Shown here one piece after another: positions 9,728 through 18,416 of a stretch of DNA of 64,000 nucleotides (position 1 is its first letter; each line of letters opens with the position of its first letter). The notes under the pieces were generated by a model, which was given only the letters and a program-made list of their open reading frames with translations, searched no databases and had not been told where the DNA came from. This DNA comes from a bacterium. GTDB taxonomy: Bacteria; UBP6; UBA1177; JAKLFG01. Location of the stretch: the NCBI GenBank assembly GCA_022711315.1, contig JAKLFG010000003.1, forward strand, positions 23,890 through 87,889, written 5' to 3'. A program made the position numbers and the translations under genes.

Positions 9728-11079
9728 CTCGACGACCGCCGGAACAGGAATCTCACCGCGACGCCCGTGTAATCGAACGATGCGTAAAAACGGTTGGTCA
9801 GGTAGCGTTCGTAGGAAAAATGGACGCTGTCCGGCTTATTGACCGATATCGTGACGGTCGGCGGGCGCACCGACGACATCTCGGCCTTGCGGAAGACGAT
9901 CGGCTTATGGAATTTCGCGAGCGGCGGCGGGGTGTGCTGGACCGTCCGCATGAGCCAGTCGGTGAGCGTCGCCGTATCGATGGAACGGGTATATCGCCCG
10001 TACACTTCGTTCACCAGATCGAGCACCTTCCCGACCCGTTGGCGTTCGAGCGCCGACAGCGAGAGTATCGGGGCGTACGGGGCGAACTTTATCCGTTCGC
10101 GCAGGTCCTTCACGAGTTTGTCGTAGGTCTTCTCGTCCTTCACGACGAGATCCCACTTATTCAGGGCGAGGATGATGCCGCGGTTCTTTTCATGGGCAAG
10201 CCCGATGACGCGGAGGTCCTGATCGGTCGCCGGCTCGGTCGCATCCATCAGGAACAGCGCGATGTCGGCGCGGTCTATCGACTTGAAGGCGCGGACGACC
10301 GCCGCGCTCTCCATTTTCAGCGAGATGTTCTTCTTGCGCCGAATGCCGGCGGTGTCGATGATGCGGTAGGTGCGACCGTCACGGGTGAACACCGAATCTA
10401 TCGGATCCATCGTGGTGCCCGGTATGGGCGAGACAAGCATCCGTTCCTCGCCCAGAAGCGCGTTCACCAGCGTCGATTTCCCCACATTGGGCCGCCCGAT
10501 GACCGCGATGCGCACCTCATCGGCCGGCGGCGGCAGTTTCTCCGCGATCTCCCGCGCGGTCCAGAACTCTTTCGTCATCTCGTCGAGCAGATCGCGTACG
10601 CCGTAGCCGGTGGTGCCGGAGACCGGGAACACCTGATCGGTCCCCGTCTCGTAGAACTCGGCGGCGTGCGGCTCGCGGTGTTCGTCGTCCACCTTGGAGA
10701 CGACGAGCCAGTGGCGGATGCCGGTCCGGCGGACGATGTCGAGTATATCGCGGTCGGCCGGGTGAAGCCCCGCCAGTCCGTCCCCCACGACGAGCACGCC
10801 ATCGACCGACGCGAACACCTCCTCGATCTGGCGGCGGATGCCCAGCGTTATGGCGTCCCCCGCCTCATCTATGTGAAAGCCCCCCGTGTCGATGACCGTG
10901 AACGGTTTGTCGTCGTACAGTATATCTTCATAGTGAAGGTCGCGCGTCACGCCCGGCAGGTCGTCCACGATGGCGGCGTTCTTGCCGAGTATCTGGTTGA
11001 ACAGCGTCGATTTCCCGACATTGGGCCGCCCGACGATCGCGATGAGCGGCTTGATGTTGTTGACCGGGCGCGGTGTCAT
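9724..11079 (-). CDS. der: Ribosome-biogenesis GTPase Der (EngA), double GTPase
   Basis: Two G1 motifs, IAIVGRPNVGKSTLFN and IAVIGRPNVGKSTLVN, plus a KH-like C-terminus. Start set at the internal Met (MTPRPV); the longer ORF to 11241 is probably an extension artefact. Confidence 0.9.
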   Translation of the reverse strand: MTPRPVNNIKPLIAIVGRPNVGKSTLFNQILGKNAAIVDDLPGVTRDLHYEDILYDDKPFTVIDTGGFHIDEAGDAITLGIRRQIEEVFASVDGVLVVGDGLAGLHPADRDILDIVRRTGIRHWLVVSKVDDEHREPHAAEFYETGTDQVFPVSGTTGYGVRDLLDEMTKEFWTAREIAEKLPPPADEVRIAVIGRPNVGKSTLVNALLGEERMLVSPIPGTTMDPIDSVFTRDGRTYRIIDTAGIRRKKNISLKMESAAVVRAFKSIDRADIALFLMDATEPATDQDLRVIGLAHEKNRGIILALNKWDLVVKDEKTYDKLVKDLRERIKFAPYAPILSLSALERQRVGKVLDLVNEVYGRYTRSIDTATLTDWLMRTVQHTPPPLAKFHKPIVFRKAEMSSVRPPTVTISVNKPDSVHFSYERYLTNRFYASFDYTGVAVRFLFRRSSR

Positions 11080-11690
11080 GGCCGTTCTTCCGTCAGCACG
11101 GGGTATTTCTTCTTTATCGCGTCGAGCCGCTTGCGCATCTCCGGCGCATCGCGCAGGGTCGCCGTCAGCAGTTCCTTGATGACGAGCGCCTGCGGCTTCT
11201 TCCCCGCCTCGCCGTTCATCGCCACCATGTTGCGATTCCACCAGCCGACCGCATCGTGCACCTCCATGAGCCCCAGTTTGAAAAGATTGATATGGAACGA
11301 ACGGGTGTCGGTCGGCATCTTCTCCTTCTTGAAGCGCGGAAAGTCCTTTTTCGCTATGTCGGCCGCCCGGTCGTCGTCGAGTATCGCGAAGGCGTCGCAG
11401 ACCCCCTTGGCGAGCGTAAAGGCCTCCATGACGAGTTCGCCGCCGGCCCGCGTGACGGCGCGGTCGTCGGGATGGGCGCTCTTTTTGTCGATGGATGCGT
11501 ACAGTTCTATGTTCGCCTTAACGGTCTGCGCGAGCGTCCGGCAGACCGCGAGCCCCTCGTCGCGCGTGGCGATGATCGACTCGTAGAAGCGTATCTCCTC
11601 CTCGCTCGGCCTCTTCTGCTCCTGACCGAAGAGCGGCAGAACGGCGAGTATCAGAAGGAACAGCGCCGGGTTCTTCATCTCACTTCTCAC
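11076..11690 (-). CDS. Secreted hypothetical protein (204 aa) between era and der
   Basis: Has a signal peptide, LFLLILAVLPLFGQ. ATGA overlap with der and 4-nt spacing from era imply cotranscription. Confidence 0.5.
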   Translation of the reverse strand: MRSEMKNPALFLLILAVLPLFGQEQKRPSEEEIRFYESIIATRDEGLAVCRTLAQTVKANIELYASIDKKSAHPDDRAVTRAGGELVMEAFTLAKGVCDAFAILDDDRAADIAKKDFPRFKKEKMPTDTRSFHINLFKLGLMEVHDAVGWWNRNMVAMNGEAGKKPQALVIKELLTATLRDAPEMRKRLDAIKKKYPVLTEERP

Positions 11691-11693
11691 GGC

Positions 11694-12626
11694 TCACTCC
11701 TCACTTTTCTCAAAACCCATCTTTTTGAGCGTCCGTTCGCTCGAGAACCAGTTCTCCTCGACCCGCACATGGAGGAGGAGATGTATCTTTCTGCCGAACA
11801 GCGTCTCGAGTTCCGCCCTCGCCTGCGTCCCGATCTGTTTGAGCATACGCCCCTTCTCGCCGATGACGATCGCCTTCTGGCTCTTGCGCGCCACATTGAT
11901 GGTGGCGTTGATGACGAGCATGCCGGCGATGGTCTCGTGGTCGTATATCCGCTCCACTATGACGGCGGAATGGTAGGGCAGTTCCCGTTGCAGGAGGTGG
12001 AACATCTTCTCTCGTACGATCTCGGCGATAAGGAACTCGTCCGTCTGGTCGGACGGCTCTTCCGCCTCGAAATACTGGGGCCCGGCGGGCAGTATCGCGG
12101 TGACCGCCGCGAGCAGTTCGGGGACCCCGGCGCCCGAAAGAGCGCTTATGCGGTGGGCTCCGGCGAAGGGATACTGTTTCCCAAGCACGGCGACGGTGTC
12201 GTCTACCCGCATCTTCTTGACCGCGTCCACTTTGTTGGCGACGAGCAGGACCGGACACTGCACCTTCAATTTGCAGAGGATGTCTATCTCCTCTTTTCCC
12301 GGTCCCTGTTCAGGGTGCTGGGTCGTCACATCGACGAACAGGAGCACCGCGTCGGCCTCGCGCGCCTTTGAGAAAGCGGTCCTGTTCATCCAGTCGTTGA
12401 GCATCTTTCCGAGGTCGTCAGGGGTGATGCCGGGGGTGTCCGTGAATATCACCTGCGCGTCGTCGGTCGTATAGATGCCGCGTATCGCGTTGCGGGTCGT
12501 CTGCACCTTGGGCGACACGATGCTGACCTTCTTGCCGATCACAGTGTTGATAAAGGTCGATTTGCCGGTGTTCGGCGCTCCGATGACGGCGACGAACCCG
12601 CTGTGGGCGAGTTGTTCCTTCAGCAC
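11694..12626 (-). CDS. era: GTPase Era
   Basis: FVAVIGAPNTGKSTFIN G1 motif and a KH domain C-terminus. Start chosen at GTG (VLKEQL...) just after the ansA stop; the ORF-track N-extension to 12836 is unlikely. Confidence 0.85.
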   Translation of the reverse strand: MLKEQLAHSGFVAVIGAPNTGKSTFINTVIGKKVSIVSPKVQTTRNAIRGIYTTDDAQVIFTDTPGITPDDLGKMLNDWMNRTAFSKAREADAVLLFVDVTTQHPEQGPGKEEIDILCKLKVQCPVLLVANKVDAVKKMRVDDTVAVLGKQYPFAGAHRISALSGAGVPELLAAVTAILPAGPQYFEAEEPSDQTDEFLIAEIVREKMFHLLQRELPYHSAVIVERIYDHETIAGMLVINATINVARKSQKAIVIGEKGRMLKQIGTQARAELETLFGRKIHLLLHVRVEENWFSSERTLKKMGFEKSEE

Positions 12627-13633
12627 GGCTCGGTCACCTTTTCGCCCGCGATGGAGCGCATCATGAACTTCTTTATCTTCTTGAGATCGCTCCCGAACCG
12701 GCCGAGCGCCACCATGAGTTTGACGAGCGTCGCCTCGCGGGTCATGTCGGCGGCCGATATGAGCCCGTAGAACTCCGCCTTGGTCGCCGCCTCGTACAGG
12801 TGCAAATTCACCTTGCCGGCGGGCGACTGACTGCACACGACGATGGGGAACGCGTTCGCCGAGGCCTCCTTGAATATCTCCTCAAGCCCCGGATTGTCGG
12901 AAGGTATGTTGCCCGAACCGTAGGCCTCGAGCACGATGCCCTTCACCTTTTCATCGCGGACGATGGGCAGGAGCATCGAGAAATCGAAGCCGGGAAAGAA
13001 CGGCACGAGCATCACCCGCTCCTCGAGCGCGGTGTTGACCGAGAAGATACCGCTCGGCCGCGGGAGGAACAGCCGGTCGAGCCGTTCGAGCCCGATGCCG
13101 AGTTTTATCAGTTTCGGGTGGTTCGGGCTGTAGAACGCGTCGAAATCCCACGCGTCGCGCTTTTTGACGCGGTTGCCGCGGAAGGCGGCGGTATGGAAGA
13201 CCACCACCACCTCGTTCAGGTTACCGCGCAGGGCCACCTCGATGGCGGCGACGAGATTCTGGAGCGCGTCTGAGCGTTTATCTTTGAGCGGTATCTGCGA
13301 GCCGGTCAGCACCACCGGCTTGTCGAGATTCTCGAAGAAGAACGACAGGGCGGCGGCGGCGTAGGCCATCGTGTCGGTGCCATGGACGATGACGAACCCG
13401 TCATAGTTCTCGTACATCGCGGCGATCTTCTCGGCGATGAGTTTCCAGTGGGCGGGGCGGAACTGCGACGAATCGATGTTGCAGAGTTGGAACTGCTCGA
13501 TATGGTCCTCGAAGAGCGGATAGACCGACCGCTCGATGTAGTCGAAGGCGTAGGTGCCGGGGCGCAATTTCCCCTGCTCATTCGACTCCATGGCGAAGGT
13601 GCCGCCGGTGTGGAGTATCGCTATCTTGGCCAT
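12620..13633 (-). CDS. ansA: L-asparaginase, type I
   Basis: HTGGTFAM and VIVHGTDTMAY motifs. Protein is 337 aa. Confidence 0.85.
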   Translation of the reverse strand: MAKIAILHTGGTFAMESNEQGKLRPGTYAFDYIERSVYPLFEDHIEQFQLCNIDSSQFRPAHWKLIAEKIAAMYENYDGFVIVHGTDTMAYAAAALSFFFENLDKPVVLTGSQIPLKDKRSDALQNLVAAIEVALRGNLNEVVVVFHTAAFRGNRVKKRDAWDFDAFYSPNHPKLIKLGIGLERLDRLFLPRPSGIFSVNTALEERVMLVPFFPGFDFSMLLPIVRDEKVKGIVLEAYGSGNIPSDNPGLEEIFKEASANAFPIVVCSQSPAGKVNLHLYEAATKAEFYGLISAADMTREATLVKLMVALGRFGSDLKKIKKFMMRSIAGEKVTEPC

Positions 13634-13792
13634 CGGACGCTCCGTAACGCTGTCGGTCGGGTCGTTTTCTAACCCTAACCTCTCGAAAAGGCAAGTTTAT
13701 GCTCGCAGAGGCGGGGTGAAAAAAGTTGCGGCGGGGTTTCTTTTCGGATATACTCGACAACGTTAAGAGAACAACCGTTCGGGAGGCATCCC

Positions 13793-15337
13793 ATGAAACG
13801 AAGTGCACTCTGCCTTTTTTGTCTGTGTCTTACCGGCCTGATCGCGGCCTGCGATTCTTCGACCGCCCACAAGGACGCCGACACCGTCGGCGCATCGGAC
13901 ACCGACACCGTCGCGACCGACGAACTCACCGGCGACACCACCATCACCGACGGGCCGGTAACGGACACTGATGCCCCCCTTCCCGACCTATCGACCGACG
14001 ACGATACCCCGGCGACCGACGAACTCGTGACCGATACCGATGCCCCCGGGAGCGACGAACTGCTGACCGACACCGACGGGTATATCAACCCCGCCTGCTC
14101 TTCCGTCGGCGAGACCTGCGTCACCGGCATCGACTGCTGTTCCGGCGCCTGCGAGAAGAACCCGATCGGCGACTTCGTCTGCATCGATGCGGAACTTTGC
14201 GAGCCGGTGGGCGGCGACTGCACGGTGGCGGCCGACTGCTGTTCGCTCGGCTGCGACGGCACGACATGCATCGATTCTCTCTGCCTGGTCACCAACGACC
14301 CGTGCATCGACGACGCCGAATGCTGTTCCAACCGCTGTGAGGTCAATTTCTGCGCGAGCGGCGGCGCCTGCCTTCCCGTCGGCGAGGATTGTTCGACGGG
14401 CGGCTCGACAAGTTGCTGTTCGATGAACTGCGCCGAGGCATCGGACGGCAAGATGCGCTGTATGGGAATCGGGGTCTGCCGTTCCGAGGGCGAGGTCTGC
14501 AGCGAGGACAGCGACTGTTGCAATTACCAGTGCACCGCCGAAGGGTTCTGTCTGGTGCAGCAGGAATGCGATGTCGCCGGCGAGGCATGCAACGACCCGA
14601 AGGCCTGCTGCAGCGGCGTATGCGCCGATGACGGCAGCGGCTATAAATTCTGCCAGTCGCTCGGTGGGTGCAAGGTGTTCGGCGAATTGTGCCACACCGA
14701 TGCCGAGTGCTGTAACAACCCGGCCAACGGCGGTCCCGGCGTCTGCGCCGAGGTCGCGGAAGGGATAGGCCGTTGCGAGAACCCGACCGGCTGCGCACCG
14801 GCGGGCGAACTGTGCGGCGAGGGCTACCACGACTGCTGTCCCTGCGCGACGCCACAGGATTCGCCGGGGTGCCCGAACGACAACGGCGACCTGTTCTGTC
14901 AGGAGACGATATTCGGCATATCGCGCTGTTTCTCGGCCAACTGCGTCATCGAGGGTGGTCCCTGCGATTCGAACGACGATTGCTGCGGCGGCAACTGCAA
15001 CGAGGAGAACACCTGCGGCCCCGGGATCGAGTGCCTTCCCAACCTCTCCCCCTGCGCCATGCCCGACCAGTGCTGCTGCAACATCTGCGCGCCGGACGGG
15101 AACGGCGATCTGGTCTGCTGCCCCGGCGACATCGAATGCATCCCCGAGGGCGAACACTGCACGACCGACCTCGACTGCTGTTCGGGCAACTGCAGCGTCA
15201 ACGGCATCTGCGGACCCGACATATCCGACTGCATCCCGGTCGGCGGCGAATGCGAGAAGGATGAGGATTGCTGTTCCGGCTCCTGCTATGAGGTGACCGG
15301 CACCTGCAATAGCCCGTTCTTCTTTTTCGTCTATTGA
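13793..15337 (+). CDS. Secreted lipoprotein: acidic D/T linker plus about 13 tandem six-cysteine (C-C-CC-C-C) knottin/Dickkopf-like modules
   Basis: Signal CLCLTGLIAAC, a DTDTV-rich linker, then repeated C-x4-6-C-x5-6-CC-x3-C-x4-10-C units (e.g. CEPVGGDCTVAADCCSLGCDGTTC). Confidence 0.7.
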   Translation: MKRSALCLFCLCLTGLIAACDSSTAHKDADTVGASDTDTVATDELTGDTTITDGPVTDTDAPLPDLSTDDDTPATDELVTDTDAPGSDELLTDTDGYINPACSSVGETCVTGIDCCSGACEKNPIGDFVCIDAELCEPVGGDCTVAADCCSLGCDGTTCIDSLCLVTNDPCIDDAECCSNRCEVNFCASGGACLPVGEDCSTGGSTSCCSMNCAEASDGKMRCMGIGVCRSEGEVCSEDSDCCNYQCTAEGFCLVQQECDVAGEACNDPKACCSGVCADDGSGYKFCQSLGGCKVFGELCHTDAECCNNPANGGPGVCAEVAEGIGRCENPTGCAPAGELCGEGYHDCCPCATPQDSPGCPNDNGDLFCQETIFGISRCFSANCVIEGGPCDSNDDCCGGNCNEENTCGPGIECLPNLSPCAMPDQCCCNICAPDGNGDLVCCPGDIECIPEGEHCTTDLDCCSGNCSVNGICGPDISDCIPVGGECEKDEDCCSGSCYEVTGTCNSPFFFFVY

Positions 15338-15368
15338 CACGAGAACGAACTGATACCCGGGGTCTCAC

Positions 15369-16691
15369 ATGAAAAGGATCGTATTACTGTGGACAGGTGC
15401 CTGCCTGATGTTCCTTGTTGCGGCCTGCGACACGGAAAATGACGCTGCGGCCGACCATGAGGCGGCCGATGCCGACAGCGCCGTCACCGACGAACTGGTG
15501 ACCGACGCCGACACCGTCTCCTCCCCTATCGTCGAGCAGACCTTCGGTGCTTTTGCGCCATGGTCCTCCCCCATCGAGGATTTTCGTTCGTTCGGTGTTG
15601 ACAACATGATAGAGGGCTTCACGCAGGAGGTGACCGACCTCGCCGTTCTCGACGGCCGGCTCTGGTTCGGCTACGGCGACGCGAACCTCAATTTCGGCAC
15701 GAAGATGATAAAGTACGCCGGCGGCGGCATCCAGTTCCGCTACTTCGACAGCCCCGACGACGCGCAGGCGAAGGGCGATCTCTGGAGCGGCGACGAGATG
15801 ATCGAGCATTTCCGTGTCTTTGACGGCGACCTCTGGTATGCCGGGGTCGATTCGACCGATCAGGACGAACTCACCTCGCGGCCGCTCATCGGCGGCAACT
15901 TCTACCGCCACGATGACGACGGCTGGAAGAAGTTCCGCTCCGTCCCCGGCGGGGAGCATGTCCACGACGCCGCCTTCTTCGACGGCCGCATCTTCACCGT
16001 CGGTTCGGGGGCGACCGACCGCACCGAATGGGAGGCGGGCAACATCTTCCGCTATCTCTGGGAGTCGTCCGACCGCGGCGAGACCTTCACCGTGACCCAC
16101 CGCATCGGCCATCCGACGCAGGGCGGCGCGGGCGATTCGCGCTTCGTCCATCTCCTGCCGGTGGGCGACACGATGTATGTCTTCGGCTACTGGAGCGACT
16201 TCGCGGCGAATCAGGCCTATGTCGCCAACGCTTATTACGACGGCGAGACGGTGACCGAATTTACCGCCGAGGATACGAGCATCATCAAGGGGATCTGGCC
16301 GACCGCGACCCTGCCGCTGCCCAACGACACGGGGCTGGTGTGGGGCGTCAATGTCGACACGGCGACGCTCAAGTATCAGATCTGGCAGGTGGCGGCCGAC
16401 GGGACGGCCACGGCGCTCGACGCCTTCGCCGGGAAGCAGGTGTTCGATGTGGGCTACTATCCCGATACCGAAGAACTGCTTTACCTCGTCTACGACAGCG
16501 ACGCCTACGCGGAACTCGTCGATCCGGTCGCGGTGACCGTCTATGCCGCGCCGCTCGCCGACCCGAACGATATCAAAGAGATAGCTACCTTCACCGACCC
16601 GACAGTGCACCTCGTCTCGCTCGCCTACTGGCAGGGATATCTCTTTGCCGGTACCAACGATTGCCGCATATTCCGGGCGAACGCCGAATAA
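15369..16691 (+). CDS. Secreted lipoprotein, acidic linker plus putative beta-propeller
   Basis: Signal ...FLVAAC, D/A/T linker, and repeated blade-like DGRLWFGYG / DGDLWYAGV / DGRIFTVGSG motifs. Confidence 0.6.
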   Translation: MKRIVLLWTGACLMFLVAACDTENDAAADHEAADADSAVTDELVTDADTVSSPIVEQTFGAFAPWSSPIEDFRSFGVDNMIEGFTQEVTDLAVLDGRLWFGYGDANLNFGTKMIKYAGGGIQFRYFDSPDDAQAKGDLWSGDEMIEHFRVFDGDLWYAGVDSTDQDELTSRPLIGGNFYRHDDDGWKKFRSVPGGEHVHDAAFFDGRIFTVGSGATDRTEWEAGNIFRYLWESSDRGETFTVTHRIGHPTQGGAGDSRFVHLLPVGDTMYVFGYWSDFAANQAYVANAYYDGETVTEFTAEDTSIIKGIWPTATLPLPNDTGLVWGVNVDTATLKYQIWQVAADGTATALDAFAGKQVFDVGYYPDTEELLYLVYDSDAYAELVDPVAVTVYAAPLADPNDIKEIATFTDPTVHLVSLAYWQGYLFAGTNDCRIFRANAE

Positions 16692-16703
16692 TCTTTTTAG
16701 TTC

Positions 16704-18251
16704 TTACCGAGTATAGATCGGTGTGATGTCGATGGGGATGTCCTTTAGTTTCTCGAGGGCGTCAAGGATATCTTTGCCGGGATGGGCCCACTTCTTGACG
16801 AACGCCGCCGCCTCATCGGGCGTCGCCGCCGCCTCGATGCGGCACAACTCCTCCAGCAGGTCGTCGGCCGCCTTCGCGAAGTTGGCGTCGTGCGTCTCGA
16901 ACGAACCGTCGGGCTTCACCTCGATGACGCCGCGCTCCTTCATCCAGTTGTATTCGATGACATTCGCGCCGCCGTGCGCCTCGTGGACGCCGAACCGCAT
17001 CGAGCGGAAAAGCCCCGCGAAGAACGAATCGAGCAGCGGCCTTTTGCCGAACGCCGGGACGCCGTACTTGCCGCCCATCTTGAGGAGGAGCACCAACCCG
17101 CCCGTGTCGGCCTTCGCCTCTTCGACGGTGGTATAGGCCGATCCGATCGCGGAGGCGACCTTCGTGCCGTCGGCGCGGTAGGCGGGGCCGAGTCCGTGGC
17201 TCACTTCGTGCATGAGGACGAAGAAGAAGTAGGGGTCGAAGTCGGCGGTGATGCGCCCCTCCGATATCCGTTTGGCGATGACCGAGGTGCAGGTCTTGAA
17301 CTTCGCCTGCATGATGTTGTAGATCATCACCTGTTTCCAGCCGACATTCCCGCGCACCCACGGGTCGTTCGGCAGGTTGAAGGCGCTGGTCATGATGCCG
17401 TGGTAGGCCTCGCCCGACGCGTAGAGTTCGTGCGCCACCACCATCGGCGCCATCCCACCGACCGCCGGTTTCGCCCCGGCCGGCATCGGGAAGGCGGCGT
17501 TGAGTTTGTCGAGGTTATTCTCGATCTCTTTGAGCCGCGCCCCCTTTTCATGGTCGACCGCCAACAGGAAGCCTTCGTAGGTCGATTTGAGGCCGAGCAC
17601 GCCGTCGGCGTAGACCTCGAAGGGGCCGAAGACCAGTTCCAGCGGCGCGTCGGTGAGTTTCACCCATTCGGCCTCGGTCTCGGGATACTTGCCGGTGAGA
17701 AGCCCCTCGGCGCGGTTGAGGATGTATTTCTTGAGCCCCGCGTGCTTGACCAGCGCCGCCGCCTTTTTGAGATGTCCGGCGAGCCGCTCGAGGTCGGCGC
17801 GGTGATATTCATGGTAAGGAATGGCGATGAGTTTGCCACCCTCTTTGCGAACGACGGTGTAGGTATCGCGCAGTTTCTCCTGCTCGGCGGCGGAGAGTTT
17901 CGCGAAGGCCGCTTCGAGCGCCGCGGCATCCATCCCGTCGGGGTAGAAGGCACAGCCCTTAGCGCGATCGGGGAGATCGTCGGGGTAGACGGTGGCGTAG
18001 TCGCTGAGTTGGTCCCACGGCCCTTTGAAGCGGTTGTAGAACCGTTTCTTCTCTTCGTCGGCCCCGGCCATGACCTTCTTCCAGAGGCCGGGGAGCCGTT
18101 CGTCCTGCTGGCGCAGGTAGATGTCGGTCACCACATCGAGCGCCGCGATGAGGTGCGGCAGGGCGTCGCGGATGTCGTCGGTGAGTTTGGTCAGGTCGTA
18201 GCCGACCTCGATGGTCTTGAACTTCGCAAGGGCCTCGGCGGCGCGGGTCAT
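16704..18251 (-). CDS. Zinc metallopeptidase (HExxH...EExxAD), DPP III/M49-like
   Basis: HEVSHGLG and downstream EEAKAD motifs. Cytoplasmic, with no signal peptide. Confidence 0.55.
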   Translation of the reverse strand: MTRAAEALAKFKTIEVGYDLTKLTDDIRDALPHLIAALDVVTDIYLRQQDERLPGLWKKVMAGADEEKKRFYNRFKGPWDQLSDYATVYPDDLPDRAKGCAFYPDGMDAAALEAAFAKLSAAEQEKLRDTYTVVRKEGGKLIAIPYHEYHRADLERLAGHLKKAAALVKHAGLKKYILNRAEGLLTGKYPETEAEWVKLTDAPLELVFGPFEVYADGVLGLKSTYEGFLLAVDHEKGARLKEIENNLDKLNAAFPMPAGAKPAVGGMAPMVVAHELYASGEAYHGIMTSAFNLPNDPWVRGNVGWKQVMIYNIMQAKFKTCTSVIAKRISEGRITADFDPYFFFVLMHEVSHGLGPAYRADGTKVASAIGSAYTTVEEAKADTGGLVLLLKMGGKYGVPAFGKRPLLDSFFAGLFRSMRFGVHEAHGGANVIEYNWMKERGVIEVKPDGSFETHDANFAKAADDLLEELCRIEAAATPDEAAAFVKKWAHPGKDILDALEKLKDIPIDITPIYTR

Positions 18252-18416
18252 GGGAACCTCCCTGAAATGGTTTTCGGTCGGCGAAGGATAGCGCGCGGCG
18301 GCGGTGAAGTCAAAAGAAAAACAAACCGGAGCACCCCTTTACCCCCATTCTCCTTGCGTTTTTATACCGATATGATATCCTTCGCCGTCTGTTATCTTTA
18401 AAAGAGGGAGGGGTTC

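Noticed and set aside
11694-12836. 70-codon N-terminal extension of era overlapping ansA, and 54-codon extension of der
   Set aside because: The extensions are Arg/Gly-rich with no homology. Canonical Era and Der N-termini begin at the GTG or ATG adjacent to the G1 motif. The overlap with well-supported neighbouring genes argues for the shorter starts.
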